From positions 26,718 to 90,717 of the forward strand of contig JAKPSH010000288.1 of the NCBI GenBank assembly GCA_029555385.1: DNA of 64,000 nt. Reading direction: 5' to 3'. Made by a program: the position numbers and the translations under genes. How positions within the stretch are numbered: the first letter of the stretch is position 1; the number at the start of each line of letters is the position of its first letter. The DNA comes from Pseudomonadota bacterium. Its GTDB lineage: Bacteria > Bdellovibrionota_C > UBA2361 > SZUA-149. The notes under the pieces were generated by a model. The model saw only the letters and a program-made list of their open reading frames with translations. It had not been told where the DNA came from and ran no database searches. Below, in pieces: positions 9,140-18,810 of the stretch.

Positions 9140-10942
9140 TTACTGCACTTGTTTCATTTCTGTAGAGAAATTCACATTCCACGAGAATTTTTCACCACCG
9201 CGGGCGTTCTGCGTGCCTTTGATATTCAGCTTAACTTTGCCGCCGTCCTTGAGGTCGCCTTCCAGGACCTTCAGCTCGCCTTCCCTAAGATTAGCAGTTT
9301 GCCGAGCAAAGCTAATCTGATCAAGACTGCCGGGGAAAAAGAAAGACCCGATTTTATCCCGCGTAAAATAAACCGTATAGCCATTCAAGTTTTCTGCGCT
9401 GAGCTGCGTCGCACCAAAACGAAAGTCAAAGAACAAAACTAGGTTAGGACGTTTGTTGTTCACATACTGCCAAAGCACTTTATTCTTACGCACCTGCTCC
9501 TTCTCTTCCGGTGAAAGCTCGCTTGTATAAAAGCCCACGGCCAAGTCGTTTTGCTGGGGGTAATAAAGAGCAATTGCCGTAGCGAAATCCGCTATCGTAC
9601 TGCCGGCGCTGGCCTGCATATAAGGTCCTTCCGGTTCTTTCGCCGTTTCTTTATCCTTATCGCCCGCCTTGGCGGCGCCAGCCGTCGTGTCTTGGGAATC
9701 CGCCGGACCGGGCTCCGGCTGCGCAAAAACATCCAGCAGCGGCGTATCGAACACTAAATCCCAGTTAAATTTAGTCGAAGTCTGATCGAGGACTTTGGTT
9801 CCTTCATGACGAAGCCGGCCTTGGATGAACTCGCCTTCAGCCAGGAATCCGCGAAGGGCGAATAATTGATCCGTCTTCTCCGGGCTTACCACATAGTAAA
9901 AGCCTTCTTTATCGTTTGGACCGCCGAATTCCAGTGCTGCTTCGGGATTGCGATAAAATACCACCCCGTAACGGACGATATTGTTCAACTCCAAAGACGT
10001 CGCCGCTCTGTTCAAATAGAGCGCGGCGGTAACAACCGGCTTTTTCTGCGGCACCGCCAGCAGCGACTTGTTTTTTCTCATCATCTCGCGATCGTCAGCT
10101 CCGAGCGTGCTGGGGAAGTAGCCAACTTCGATGGTGTTATCCATCTTGTTCCATAACGCAACGACTGCTGCCGCATTCGTCGAGTCATAAGCCACTTTGG
10201 CCGTAACCGGCACGACAACCGCAGGCGAACTAATGCGCAAATCCCAAAAAACACGAACCGCCGGACCTTGCTCGACTTGCTGCTGAGCATCCTGGCGCAA
10301 TGCGGCATAAACAACCGCCGGCTGGTCGAAACGGCAGCCGATGGTCACAATACCCGACGCATCCGGAAATTCCATGCTCAGATACTCGGGAGCACCCTCC
10401 GGATTGCGATTGATGAAAACTTGGTAACGCTCAATCTCTGCTTGCTCGCAGGCGGAGCCGCTTTTCTTTAAGGCAATAAGAAACATGATATCCGGAGAGA
10501 CTTGCGTCAGATCGGAGAAGCTCTGCGCCTTAGCGAGTTGTTCCAGAACTTCCCGCGCCAGCGGAGTGCGGAAAAAACCAATTTCAAGCCGCCGCTGTGC
10601 CGGGTTATACAACGCATAAGATGCTGCCGGGACAATAAGCGCTTGATCGACTTGCGCACTGCCCTGCGTAATAACCTTGATATCTGCCGGTGTCAGAACC
10701 GCAGCCAGATCAAATGTAAAGGTTTCCGCCGGAGCGCTCGCCTCGGGGCTGCCCCCCGGACCGGATGACAGCCGTCCAAACAGGACTATAAGCAAGATAA
10801 CAATCAGGAGGACGACAACGACGGAGAAAGTCACAAACCAGCGAGGGATTCGTGATTCTTTAGTCTTACCCTCTTGAGTCTTTGCCGCATCAGCAGTACT
10901 CGCTGCTGCTCCCTGTCCTTCTTCTGGATTGCTCTCTTCCAT
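9140..10942 (-). CDS. Single-pass membrane protein with five internal roughly 70-100 aa repeats, unknown function
   Basis: N-terminal TM 'WFVTFSVVVVLLIVILLIVLF'; repeated motif 'YALYNPAQRRLEIGFF', 'VVALWNKMDNTIEVGYF', 'VFYRNPEAALEFGG', 'IALYYPQQNDLAVGFY', 'GYTVYFTRDKIGSFFF'. Confidence 0.6.
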   Translation of the reverse strand: MEESNPEEGQGAAASTADAAKTQEGKTKESRIPRWFVTFSVVVVLLIVILLIVLFGRLSSGPGGSPEASAPAETFTFDLAAVLTPADIKVITQGSAQVDQALIVPAASYALYNPAQRRLEIGFFRTPLAREVLEQLAKAQSFSDLTQVSPDIMFLIALKKSGSACEQAEIERYQVFINRNPEGAPEYLSMEFPDASGIVTIGCRFDQPAVVYAALRQDAQQQVEQGPAVRVFWDLRISSPAVVVPVTAKVAYDSTNAAAVVALWNKMDNTIEVGYFPSTLGADDREMMRKNKSLLAVPQKKPVVTAALYLNRAATSLELNNIVRYGVVFYRNPEAALEFGGPNDKEGFYYVVSPEKTDQLFALRGFLAEGEFIQGRLRHEGTKVLDQTSTKFNWDLVFDTPLLDVFAQPEPGPADSQDTTAGAAKAGDKDKETAKEPEGPYMQASAGSTIADFATAIALYYPQQNDLAVGFYTSELSPEEKEQVRKNKVLWQYVNNKRPNLVLFFDFRFGATQLSAENLNGYTVYFTRDKIGSFFFPGSLDQISFARQTANLREGELKVLEGDLKDGGKVKLNIKGTQNARGGEKFSWNVNFSTEMKQVQ

Positions 10943-10965
10943 TTTTGCTCCGCTTTCTCAACAAT

Positions 10966-11622
10966 TCAGAAAAGTTTCAGCTCCTCGCTGACCGCCTCAT
11001 GCACCATGGCGAGAAACAACTCCCGCTCAACTTCCTCTGCTCCAAAGCTCGCCAACAGCGGCGTCATTTGCTGACAGTCTAGCCAATTCACACCTCTCTG
11101 CTGCAGGTAGTCAACCAAAAAACACAAACAGAGTTTTGAACCGTCAGTCTCCAAATAGTACATTGATTCACCAGCAAACATCTTACCAATAGCCACCCCA
11201 TAAAGACCACCCAGAGTTTTTGCCTCTAAGAGACACTCAATGCAGTGACAATACCCCGCCTCGTGCAAAGCCACGTAAGCGCTTATCATTTCCGGGGTAA
11301 TCCAGGTGCCTTTTTCGCCTTTTCTATTGTTGGCCTCAGCGCACCTGGAAATTACGCTCGCAAAAGATGCGTTAATCCTGAAGTCATATCGGCCGCTGCG
11401 CAGCTTTTTCTTTAGCCGCCGTGGAACATGAAAGCGGTCAAAAAAAAGCACTGCGCGCTTAGGCGGGCAAAACCATAACAGCGGGTAATCACCTGCGACC
11501 GGCCAAGGAAATATTCCGTTGCGGTAGGCAAGCAGCAACGACTCCACATCGAGGTCGCCGCCCGCCGCAAGCAGTCCGCTTTCGTCAGTCAACGAGACAT
11601 CAGGGAAGGCTCGGATAACCAT
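10966..11622 (-). CDS. aat: Leucyl/phenylalanyl-tRNA--protein transferase
   Basis: 'LLAYRNGIFPWP', 'DYPLLWFCPPKRAVL', 'ITPEMISAYVALHEAGYCHCIE', 'GGLYGVAIGKMFAGESM' match the L/F-transferase family. Confidence 0.85.
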   Translation of the reverse strand: MVIRAFPDVSLTDESGLLAAGGDLDVESLLLAYRNGIFPWPVAGDYPLLWFCPPKRAVLFFDRFHVPRRLKKKLRSGRYDFRINASFASVISRCAEANNRKGEKGTWITPEMISAYVALHEAGYCHCIECLLEAKTLGGLYGVAIGKMFAGESMYYLETDGSKLCLCFLVDYLQQRGVNWLDCQQMTPLLASFGAEEVERELFLAMVHEAVSEELKLF

Positions 11623-11650
11623 GGGTCGACAGTATCGCCCCGCACACCTG

Positions 11651-12757
11651 TTACTGCAACCCCGAAGCGTCTTTAGGCATTATTGTCACTTCCACACGGC
11701 TGCGCAGCGGACGAACGGCGGCAAGCGCCCATAAACGCTGAACAAGCTCATCGTTGAGAATTACGTTTGCTTCCAAAACAGTTTTGCCGTCACGCGCGAC
11801 GATCGGCTCAATGATCAGCATACCTTCACGCAGCTCACCAAGCTCAACCAAGAACCGGCGTGCTCCCCATTCCTCGGCGCGCCGGTGAGCCTCCAGCGTG
11901 CTGCCAGATGCTGGACGTCCGCCGGAAGCAGAAGTCTCCGTCTGCTGTGGCGGAACAGCCGACGCGAGCTGAGCATTCTGCAGCGTTACGTGCGCGGTTA
12001 CTGCTTCTGCAAGCATTTGCATCACAGCTTTGCGCACATTTTCACAGGCAATTGGATAATCATGTCTTTTGAAATAATGAATGGCCCGATGTGCGCCATT
12101 TGGATCCCAATACCGGTAGCGCCAACAGCTTCGCGATATCAGCTCAACCCCCAGGACGATTTGCCCGCCAATAGCCTCCGGCGAGGCAACGTCTTTAGCT
12201 GTGCGGCGGAGAAGCGCTGCGGCGGATGCAAGAATATCCTCAACTCTTGCGTCACCGATATTTTTCCCGACAAAAGATGCATTGGCCATGAATTCTTCGG
12301 CGAGGATCTCGGCTGCTTCATTGCTGAAATGGCTAACACAATCCTGCCGCAAAGCGGTCTGCTTACCCACGCGCTGTTCCCACTGCGCAAAAATCGCGGC
12401 AGTGCGAATAGCCCGGTGCTGCCCAGCATCAAGCGCAAGCATGTTAGCTATCGCTGATGAAACAAACACCGAACGCCGGAGATGAAGCCCGGCGTCTGTT
12501 CCGGCGGTGCTGCGCAAAAAGGCGGCGACCGCTTCCGGCAGCTCGCCGGGAGGCGCAAGAATATCGTCGACGAAATCATCGCTATGGTGCGCAATGGCAA
12601 ATACTTCACCGCCGCAGCTATTCTTTAATTTTGCCGGATCGGGATTAGCGCGGATTCTCTGCCGAATCTGCTCTGTACTGTCCTCAACAGGACCCCGGAC
12701 TCCCCGGCGAGCTGCAAGCCGTGAAGGATTCTCCTCCGGAAGCACAATGGCTCGCAC
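11651..12757 (-). CDS. Hypothetical cytoplasmic protein (no motif recognised)
   Basis: Long ORF with coding-like composition; no nameable family. Confidence 0.45.
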   Translation of the reverse strand: MRAIVLPEENPSRLAARRGVRGPVEDSTEQIRQRIRANPDPAKLKNSCGGEVFAIAHHSDDFVDDILAPPGELPEAVAAFLRSTAGTDAGLHLRRSVFVSSAIANMLALDAGQHRAIRTAAIFAQWEQRVGKQTALRQDCVSHFSNEAAEILAEEFMANASFVGKNIGDARVEDILASAAALLRRTAKDVASPEAIGGQIVLGVELISRSCWRYRYWDPNGAHRAIHYFKRHDYPIACENVRKAVMQMLAEAVTAHVTLQNAQLASAVPPQQTETSASGGRPASGSTLEAHRRAEEWGARRFLVELGELREGMLIIEPIVARDGKTVLEANVILNDELVQRLWALAAVRPLRSRVEVTIMPKDASGLQ

Positions 12758-13006
12758 GAAACTCGACTCCCTGCTCTTACTCTCTCGACGGCTAACTTCT
12801 CTTGTTTAATCGGCACCGGCCCGGGAAAGACTTATGATTCAGACATGTTCTACGACGAGCATCTCTCGCTAATTATTGTTTCTGTTCACTTACTTAATGA
12901 AATGCGGGTTTCTCCTAGCGGCAATCCGAGATATGTCGCAGCTCATAATCAGGGCGTACACGAATCGCGGTGCTAACGCATTATAGGCCTGAAGGAAAAA
13001 AGTGAG

Positions 13007-13080
13007 TCGGGGTGAGAGGATTTGAACCTCCGGCCCTCGGTTCCCAAAACCGATGCGCTACCAGGCTGCGCTACACCCCG
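13007..13080 (-). tRNA. tRNA-Pro (anticodon UGG)
   Basis: Reverse complement 'CGGGGTGTAGCGCAGCCTGGTAGCGCATCGGTTTTGGGAACCGAGGGCCGGAGGTTCAAATCCTCTCACCCCGA': 7-bp acceptor stem, D-arm GCGC/GCGC, anticodon loop TT-TGG-GA, T-loop GGTTCAAAT; CCA not encoded. Confidence 0.85.
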
Positions 13081-13110
13081 GGAAGGCTGCAAAAATACCG
13101 GGTAAAGACG

Positions 13111-13737
13111 TTAAAAGCAAGGCGCTCTGAGTGCAAGCAGTTTCCCGAATAATTCCCGCGCCGCGCGGGCGCGAAATCCATTCTCGCAGGTAATGCTGAA
13201 ATCAACTTCAGCAAGCGTCTGCCCCAGCTCATCAATGAGCACAATTGGATCATAGCCAAATCCTTTATCGCCGCGCGGCTCGTATAGAATCGTTCCTTTC
13301 AGCTCCCCTTCCGCCCAAAGCACGGCTCCATTCGGATACGCAAGAACAAGCGTACAGCGAAAACACGCGCGGCGATCTAAGCCAGGCGCAGCCAATTCCA
13401 GCTCCGCTAATTCCGCGAGCACCTTTGCCATACGGACCTTATCCGACGCGCCTTCCCCGGCGTATCGTGCCGAGAACACACCCGGACGCCCGCCTAACGC
13501 CGAAATCTCAAGTCCTGAATCATCACCGATAGCCGGCATGCCGGACCACTCAGCAAAAGCTCGCGCTTTTTTCAGCGCATTCTCGCGGTACGACGCACCG
13601 TCCTCCTCAACCACAGGCGGAGCAGCCAAACCATGTGCACGCTGTATTTCTGACGGAGCAGCAAGAACCAGTGAATACCCGTCTGCCACAGTCTGCAGTT
13701 CTAGAATCTTGTTCGCGTTGGCACTGGCCACGAGCAT
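13111..13737 (-). CDS. rdgB: dITP/XTP pyrophosphatase (RdgB/Ham1 family)
   Basis: 'GLEISALGGRPGVFSARYAGE', 'FGYDPIV' Ham1 signature; start trimmed to the internal ATG giving about 209 aa (ORF track's 271-aa version has a non-conserved extension). Confidence 0.75.
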   Translation of the reverse strand: MLVASANANKILELQTVADGYSLVLAAPSEIQRAHGLAAPPVVEEDGASYRENALKKARAFAEWSGMPAIGDDSGLEISALGGRPGVFSARYAGEGASDKVRMAKVLAELAELELAAPGLDRRACFRCTLVLAYPNGAVLWAEGELKGTILYEPRGDKGFGYDPIVLIDELGQTLAEVDFSITCENGFRARAARELFGKLLALRAPCF

Positions 13738-13969
13738 GCGTTGAACATAAACCGGGTTCACACCGCGCGATTGTCCAGGCAAAACCCTGTCGTTTGAACT
13801 ATCTGCAACAATACTGCTCATGAATTTACACCGCCCCTGGAATAGCTCTTCGTGAATTGCAGAACGGACTACTGCAATTAGTTGGCAAAAACAAGAGAGC
13901 TCACGCACCGGTTTTGTGGAAAGCACCGCAGGTCTTGCTTTTCGGGATATTTCCGATTAAATCACCGGT

Positions 13970-14563
13970 ATGAGAAATCAATTTAATTATGTTGTTCCGT
14001 CTATTCTCGTTTTGTGGGTAGTGCTCGCGCTCATAGCCAGACCCGCAGCAGCCGAAGATTCTTATCAATGGACAGATCGCCAAGGCCGCGTGTTCTACGG
14101 CAGCAATCCGCCGAAAAACGCGCTGTCCGTAACCAAACTTCCGCCCAAAGCATTGTCGCGCTATTCATCAGACAGAATGCTCAGCCGGTTGGGCTGGAAG
14201 GGCCAAAAAACAAACAGCAAGACGCAGCCCGCCGAAAAGAAACCTATCACGCCGGCACGCCCGGCGGCGTTAGAGGCCGAAGAAGCAAGGGTTGAGCTTG
14301 ATGAGCAAGGGCAAGTCAAATCCTGCGTAGCCGCTGTGCGCAACAACGGAGAAAGCAGCGCCGTCGAAATTAATATCGCTTTCGATTTTCCGGACGGCAC
14401 CCTTGTGCCCGGAGTAGGGCCGAATTCTATTTCGCCTAACTCGTCGGCAGACTACGCGGTGCCGAACGAACTGCTGCCACTCCAGGTAAAAGCCGAAGAG
14501 TCCGCTGACGGCGCCAAGACAGCGCCCAAGCCGCGGGTTATTGTTCACGGCATCGGCCAGTAG
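13970..14563 (+). CDS. Secreted DUF4124-domain protein
   Basis: Signal peptide then 'YQWTDRQGRVFYGSNPP' matching the DUF4124 'W.D..G..hYsd.PP' pattern; 3' end overlaps the convergent glycosyltransferase gene by 19 nt. Confidence 0.6.
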   Translation: MRNQFNYVVPSILVLWVVLALIARPAAAEDSYQWTDRQGRVFYGSNPPKNALSVTKLPPKALSRYSSDRMLSRLGWKGQKTNSKTQPAEKKPITPARPAALEAEEARVELDEQGQVKSCVAAVRNNGESSAVEINIAFDFPDGTLVPGVGPNSISPNSSADYAVPNELLPLQVKAEESADGAKTAPKPRVIVHGIGQ

Positions 14564-16320
14564 CGAATCAGCGCAAAGTATCGTTCAGGCAAATCTGTCA
14601 TTCTTCCGCCCGCAGTAATAATCTGCACCGCCGCGCTCCAAGGAGGCTCCGGTAAAGCTTCAACCCACGCCCGCCGCACAAGGTAATATCCGGGCTGCGC
14701 AAGGCCGGCCTCGGGTTCTTGAAAACGCAGCGGGCCCGGATAATAAAAGAAAAAGCCATCGAGAGTTTCGTCCTCCGCATCCCGCAGCACGTGAAGGGTT
14801 TCCGCGCCTCCCAGCACCGCGTAAACCTCTTCCGCAAACTTTTGATAACTATGCGTGAAATTCTTTGCGCCGACACCGGGCAAAAGCAGCAACTGATATA
14901 GACCGGCAAGAAAGCAAACGAACCCGCAAAGCAACGCAAAATAAGAACGCTTACTGAACGCTTTGCGCCAGGAAACGGTAAAACCAGCCGCAAAAAGAAA
15001 AAAACAAAACGAAAAGCAGCCGAAGTTGGACACAACCAGCGCCGCGAAACTGCGCAAAAAAACATTGAGCCGGTAATTGTCACTTAAATCCGGGAAATAT
15101 GCGCCGCAAAGAACCACCGCTGCAAAAATCAGCGCCAGCGCCGCTGCTGAAGCATAACCGGACGCACGCAAGAAACATGAAAACAAGATATGCTCCCCCT
15201 TCCCGCCGCCTGCCGCGTGCTGCGCCAAGCGCGGCAGAACCGCAGCACAGATCAGACCGAGTGCCGGGAGCACCGGAAGAAGGTAAACCGCTCTCTTCCC
15301 GGAAGCCATGCTCAAGAACACGATTACCGACACGATCCAGATTAAAGCACCATTAAAGACGAACTTTTCCCCAGGCGCCTGCGGCAAGAATCGAGCGAGC
15401 TTCTTCCGCCTGGCCGGACAAAGATGCGACAGCAAGAGCAGTCCGGCGCAAAGAGGCAAGAAGACAGACCACGGCGCAAACTGGTCCCAGAAGACCACAG
15501 CGTAGTGATAAAACGGCTTTGCCGGAATTCCCGCACCTCCCGTGAAGCGGCGAAGATTTTCGAAAACGATCTGCCGCGCGAGAAACTTCGTGCCGCCTTC
15601 GAACGCAGCCAGCACATACCACGGGAGACTGATGGCCAGCGGCCAGAACCACCCAATACGTAAAATGCTTTGCAGTCCGCTATATCCGCCGCCTAAAAAA
15701 TAGGACACGGAGCCAACCACAAGCAGCGGGAGCATTACACCCAGCGGACCCTTAGTCAGCATCGCCAAGCCGCACAGCACGCCCATTACATGGTAGACAG
15801 CATCCGGCAATTCCGCCAGGCTGGAACCGCGTGATTTAAGCTGCCCGGCAGCCACAAGCCAGATCAGCACAGGCAGGACGGTCAGCAGGCAAAAGAGCAT
15901 GTCGACCCGGCCCGCGGCAGCGAGGTTAAGGAAGCCGAAACTTAAAAGAACGGCAAGAGCAGCAGTCCCGCCAGCACATACACCGCCGGATGTGGCTGCC
16001 GCCCACGCGGTTGCGGCGACGGTTCCCGCCGCCGCCAGTGCGGACGGCAGGCGCAGCGTAAACTCATCAAAATGTTCAAACACTTGGGAAATTCCGGCAG
16101 CCAGCCAGTGAAAGAGTGGAGGTTTAGAGGGAATTACTTGGCCATTTCGCAAAGGCAGCACAAACTCGCCGGAGCGTAAAATCTCTTGCACGACCGACCC
16201 TTCACGCGCCTCGCACACGCTTGACACCGGAGACATGAAAAGGTGCGGCACAATAAACAAGATGGTGACAACCGCCGCCGCAAGCGAGATACCGTAAACT
16301 TTTAGCTGCGGCCGGGACAC
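14545..16320 (-). CDS. ArnT/PMT-family (GT83/GT39) undecaprenyl-phosphate-sugar glycosyltransferase
   Basis: More than 10 TM segments; N-terminal 'FVLPLRNGQVIPSKPPLFHWLAAG' loop typical of ArnT-like enzymes. Confidence 0.7.
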   Translation of the reverse strand: MSRPQLKVYGISLAAAVVTILFIVPHLFMSPVSSVCEAREGSVVQEILRSGEFVLPLRNGQVIPSKPPLFHWLAAGISQVFEHFDEFTLRLPSALAAAGTVAATAWAAATSGGVCAGGTAALAVLLSFGFLNLAAAGRVDMLFCLLTVLPVLIWLVAAGQLKSRGSSLAELPDAVYHVMGVLCGLAMLTKGPLGVMLPLLVVGSVSYFLGGGYSGLQSILRIGWFWPLAISLPWYVLAAFEGGTKFLARQIVFENLRRFTGGAGIPAKPFYHYAVVFWDQFAPWSVFLPLCAGLLLLSHLCPARRKKLARFLPQAPGEKFVFNGALIWIVSVIVFLSMASGKRAVYLLPVLPALGLICAAVLPRLAQHAAGGGKGEHILFSCFLRASGYASAAALALIFAAVVLCGAYFPDLSDNYRLNVFLRSFAALVVSNFGCFSFCFFLFAAGFTVSWRKAFSKRSYFALLCGFVCFLAGLYQLLLLPGVGAKNFTHSYQKFAEEVYAVLGGAETLHVLRDAEDETLDGFFFYYPGPLRFQEPEAGLAQPGYYLVRRAWVEALPEPPWSAAVQIITAGGRMTDLPERYFALIRYWPMP

Positions 16321-16705
16321 GAGATACCGGTAAGATGAAGGAAGCGATTCAGGCTTATGCAGTTATGCTTAAGAAAATAATTCAAGGGGTCCGTTAAGAC
16401 CAATCACCGAACACCATGGAAAGCACTAAGACGCTTACACACAAGAATGAAGTAACTTCGATCGCCGTCACTGTTGCTATTCTCCCCAGTCAGTATGAGT
16501 GCCAACACCTTCTCTTACGACTCAGAACGGCAGCACCTATACAGACAACCGCGAACATTTGCAATGCGCACAGCAAGACGTCCTGCCGCACGTGACTGTC
16601 TCAACTGTTTTTCCTTATCAATCAACACCAAGAATATGGCAAGCCCTAAACGAGCAAGTACTTGGAATGCTTTGTTCTTTAAGGGGAGGGCCTCAAACAG
16701 CCAGT

Positions 16706-16731
16706 CATCGCCGGGAGCGCTCCCGGCGATG
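16706..16731. terminator. Perfect 26-bp palindrome CATCGCCGGGAGC|GCTCCCGGCGATG immediately 3' of the minus-strand sigma factor gene
   Basis: Exact reverse-complement arms of 13 bp; on the minus strand it is followed by TGTTTGAGG. Confidence 0.4.
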
Positions 16732-16741
16732 GTAAAGAATT

Positions 16742-17590
16742 TTAGGCCGCCTTGGTTTTGGCCTTGATGACGGCTGCCGGCTTGCGCTCGCGGCCTGCCA
16801 CGGGCCGGCGGCGGCTGCGGCGGCGCGCACTGGCACTGCGCATATTCGCACTGCGCTCGACAAGGGCCGTTTCGGCTATTGTTTCTTCCTGCTGGTGTTC
16901 CTGCTCTACGGTTCCACCGAGCAGGTCACGCAGCCGGTCGAGAGCTGTCTTCTTTACTCGCGAAATATGGCAGCGGCTATAGCCCAAGGAGCGGGCAATA
17001 TCGACAAGCGGCTCTTCTTCGGAGAACGAACGTCCAACAATCTCTTTTTCCAGCGTATCAAGCTTTGTCACGGCAGCGCGGCATTGATTGATTCTTTCCT
17101 TGCGCAGCAGCTCATGCTCCGGCGTCATAATATCGCGCTGGGTGAAGAGAAAATGGTCCGGAACAAAAGGCGTGTAGCCGCTCGCCGCAAGATACTGCCA
17201 ATCCCCCGTCTCGATGCCGTTGTTTTGCGCATAAGCCATGAACATACTGCTGGCTTGAGCTGCCCTCGTGACGGCACGCACAAGATGTCCTCGCAGATGG
17301 TAAAAAAGGAAAGTCATGAAGGTGGCGCCGTGTTCATCACTGAAGCGCCTTGCCGCTTCACAAAGCGCAAGATCGACGATGCTGTCGATTTCATCTGCCG
17401 GCATCCGTACGCGCCATCTGCGCAGAATGCTTCGCGCAAGCTTGCGTCCGTTTTCGCGGTGACTAAGTATTAGCTGAGCGACCTGCCGCTCATTGGCTTC
17501 AGTGCTCTTCTTTTCGGCTTGTTTCTTTTTGGTCGACTGAGAAACTACTGTTTTCTTGAAAGCAACCGCCCGAACAACCCCCCGTTTCAT
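16742..17590 (-). CDS. Sigma-70-family sigma factor, group 3 (FliA/sigma-28-like), with Lys-rich N-terminus and Arg-rich C-tail
   Basis: Region 2 'IDSIVDLALCEAARRFSDEHGATFMTFLFYHLRGHLVRAV'; region 4 'EIVGRSFSEEEPLVDIARSLGYSRCHISRVKKTALDRLR'; start set at the ATG preceded by GGAGGA (track start 17650 also possible). Confidence 0.7.
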   Translation of the reverse strand: MKRGVVRAVAFKKTVVSQSTKKKQAEKKSTEANERQVAQLILSHRENGRKLARSILRRWRVRMPADEIDSIVDLALCEAARRFSDEHGATFMTFLFYHLRGHLVRAVTRAAQASSMFMAYAQNNGIETGDWQYLAASGYTPFVPDHFLFTQRDIMTPEHELLRKERINQCRAAVTKLDTLEKEIVGRSFSEEEPLVDIARSLGYSRCHISRVKKTALDRLRDLLGGTVEQEHQQEETIAETALVERSANMRSASARRRSRRRPVAGRERKPAAVIKAKTKAA

Positions 17591-17887
17591 GCTCCTCCAC
17601 CCCCTGGAAAACCCCCAAACGACGGGAAATAACCCGGCTTTGGGCCGCACACTGCATTAATAACCCCACGAAATGTGGTTTATTTGAATTCCACCAACAA
17701 CACTCTCTACTCGATAAAATGAGCAAAATCGCTTCGCTACCGGGATAAGGCCCTGATATTATTGGGCTATCGCCCTCAGTATCTAGATCAGGACAAGAAA
17801 ATAGCTCGAGAAGGATAATTGACGCGCCGACTAACCAGGTAGGACAATTCAACAAAGCGCCACTGTGTTCCGTAGAATGGGGAACTG

Positions 17888-18754
17888 ATGAGCACACCAA
17901 ACGAGTATGCAGCATTTCCAGCGGGAAGCGACGAACTAATCGAAAAGATAGTCGCCGAAAACTTAGGATGGGCTACGAGCATCGCGAAGGCCGTTGCGCG
18001 CGCGTGGAACATGGACTGGCAGCTTGATGGACTGGACGGCGGCGCCTACGAAGCATTGCTGTTTTGCGCCCGGCGCTACGATGCCACCAGAGGCGTGCCG
18101 TTTCGCGGCTACGCCCGCCGCCGTATTCATGAAGCGTGCACGGAAGAAGCTCGCAAGTCCAAGACCTGGCAAATGGGAACCGGCACAAACTCTGAAGTGG
18201 AACAGGAAGCCCGGGAAATTTCGGCCAAGTTATTTGATTTGTTTCCGGAATTACGCGACGGATACCTGCCAATCAGCGAAAGCGAAGACGATGCGGATAT
18301 TACGGTGCGCAGCTCCATTAGACAGATGCTGACGGGAGCGAGCTTAATTGCTGCTTTTCAAAGCTCGCCGAGCGAAAATCCGGAACTGGCCATTGAATAT
18401 AAACAGCTCCTGATTCATTTAGCGCAGCTTGAACCGGTCCACCAAGAAATTATCTGGGCTATTTACTACAAGGGACAGTCCATGCGGGCACTGGCCGAAG
18501 AGTGGCAGATTGATGATTTATCCGTGATTCGCGAGCACAAAGAAATCCTCGCTAATCTCTGCTCGCGCATCGAAGCGCCGAAATCAAGGGCAATCCGCCG
18601 GCTTAAGATCCGCCGCGGCCTGCGCACTATCGCACAGCAGCTTCGCCGGAACAAAGAAGACGGGCCGTTTTCGAAATTTCTCGCCGAAACTGCGGTGCTT
18701 ATTTTTGCACCCCTGGCGGCCCTTTTTGCCTGGCTGGCAAAGCTGATCGTTTAA
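17888..18754 (+). CDS. Sigma-70-family sigma factor, group 3, with C-terminal hydrophobic tail anchor
   Basis: Region 2 'AYEALLFCARRYDATRGVPFRGYARRRIHEA'; region 4 'QEIIWAIYYKGQSMRALAEEWQIDDLSVIREHKEIL'; last 25 aa 'FLAETAVLIFAPLAALFAWLAKLIV' form a predicted TM helix. Confidence 0.7.
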   Translation: MSTPNEYAAFPAGSDELIEKIVAENLGWATSIAKAVARAWNMDWQLDGLDGGAYEALLFCARRYDATRGVPFRGYARRRIHEACTEEARKSKTWQMGTGTNSEVEQEAREISAKLFDLFPELRDGYLPISESEDDADITVRSSIRQMLTGASLIAAFQSSPSENPELAIEYKQLLIHLAQLEPVHQEIIWAIYYKGQSMRALAEEWQIDDLSVIREHKEILANLCSRIEAPKSRAIRRLKIRRGLRTIAQQLRRNKEDGPFSKFLAETAVLIFAPLAALFAWLAKLIV

Positions 18755-18810
18755 ACCCGTAACCAAAACTATTGTGAACACTCAGAAATAGATTAGGACG
18801 GAGGAAGCAG

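Noticed and set aside
11651-12757. HDOD/HD-GYP signalling-domain identity for the 368-aa protein
   Set aside because: HDOD/HD signatures were looked for (e.g. conserved His-Asp pairs in the expected spacing, LHDIG-like motif) and not found, so it is left as hypothetical.
11860-12809. Plus-strand ORFs (11885..12457, 12201..12485, 12507..12809) overlapping the minus-strand 368-aa gene
   Set aside because: They are overlapping antisense frames with no RBS or motif. The minus-strand ORF is longer and contiguous with aat, so they are treated as non-coding shadows.
12758-13110. Integrated mobile element at the tRNA-Pro gene
   Set aside because: tRNA genes are common integration sites, but there is no integrase, direct repeat of the tRNA 3' end, or compositional break. 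The flanks are ordinary housekeeping genes (aat side, rdgB).
17651-17887. Sigma-28-type promoter (TAAA-N15-GCCGATAA) in the divergent sigma-factor intergenic region
   Set aside because: 'CGGGATAA' resembles the -10 element, but no TAAA-like -35 lies at the required spacing (nearest candidates give 17-21 nt spacers).
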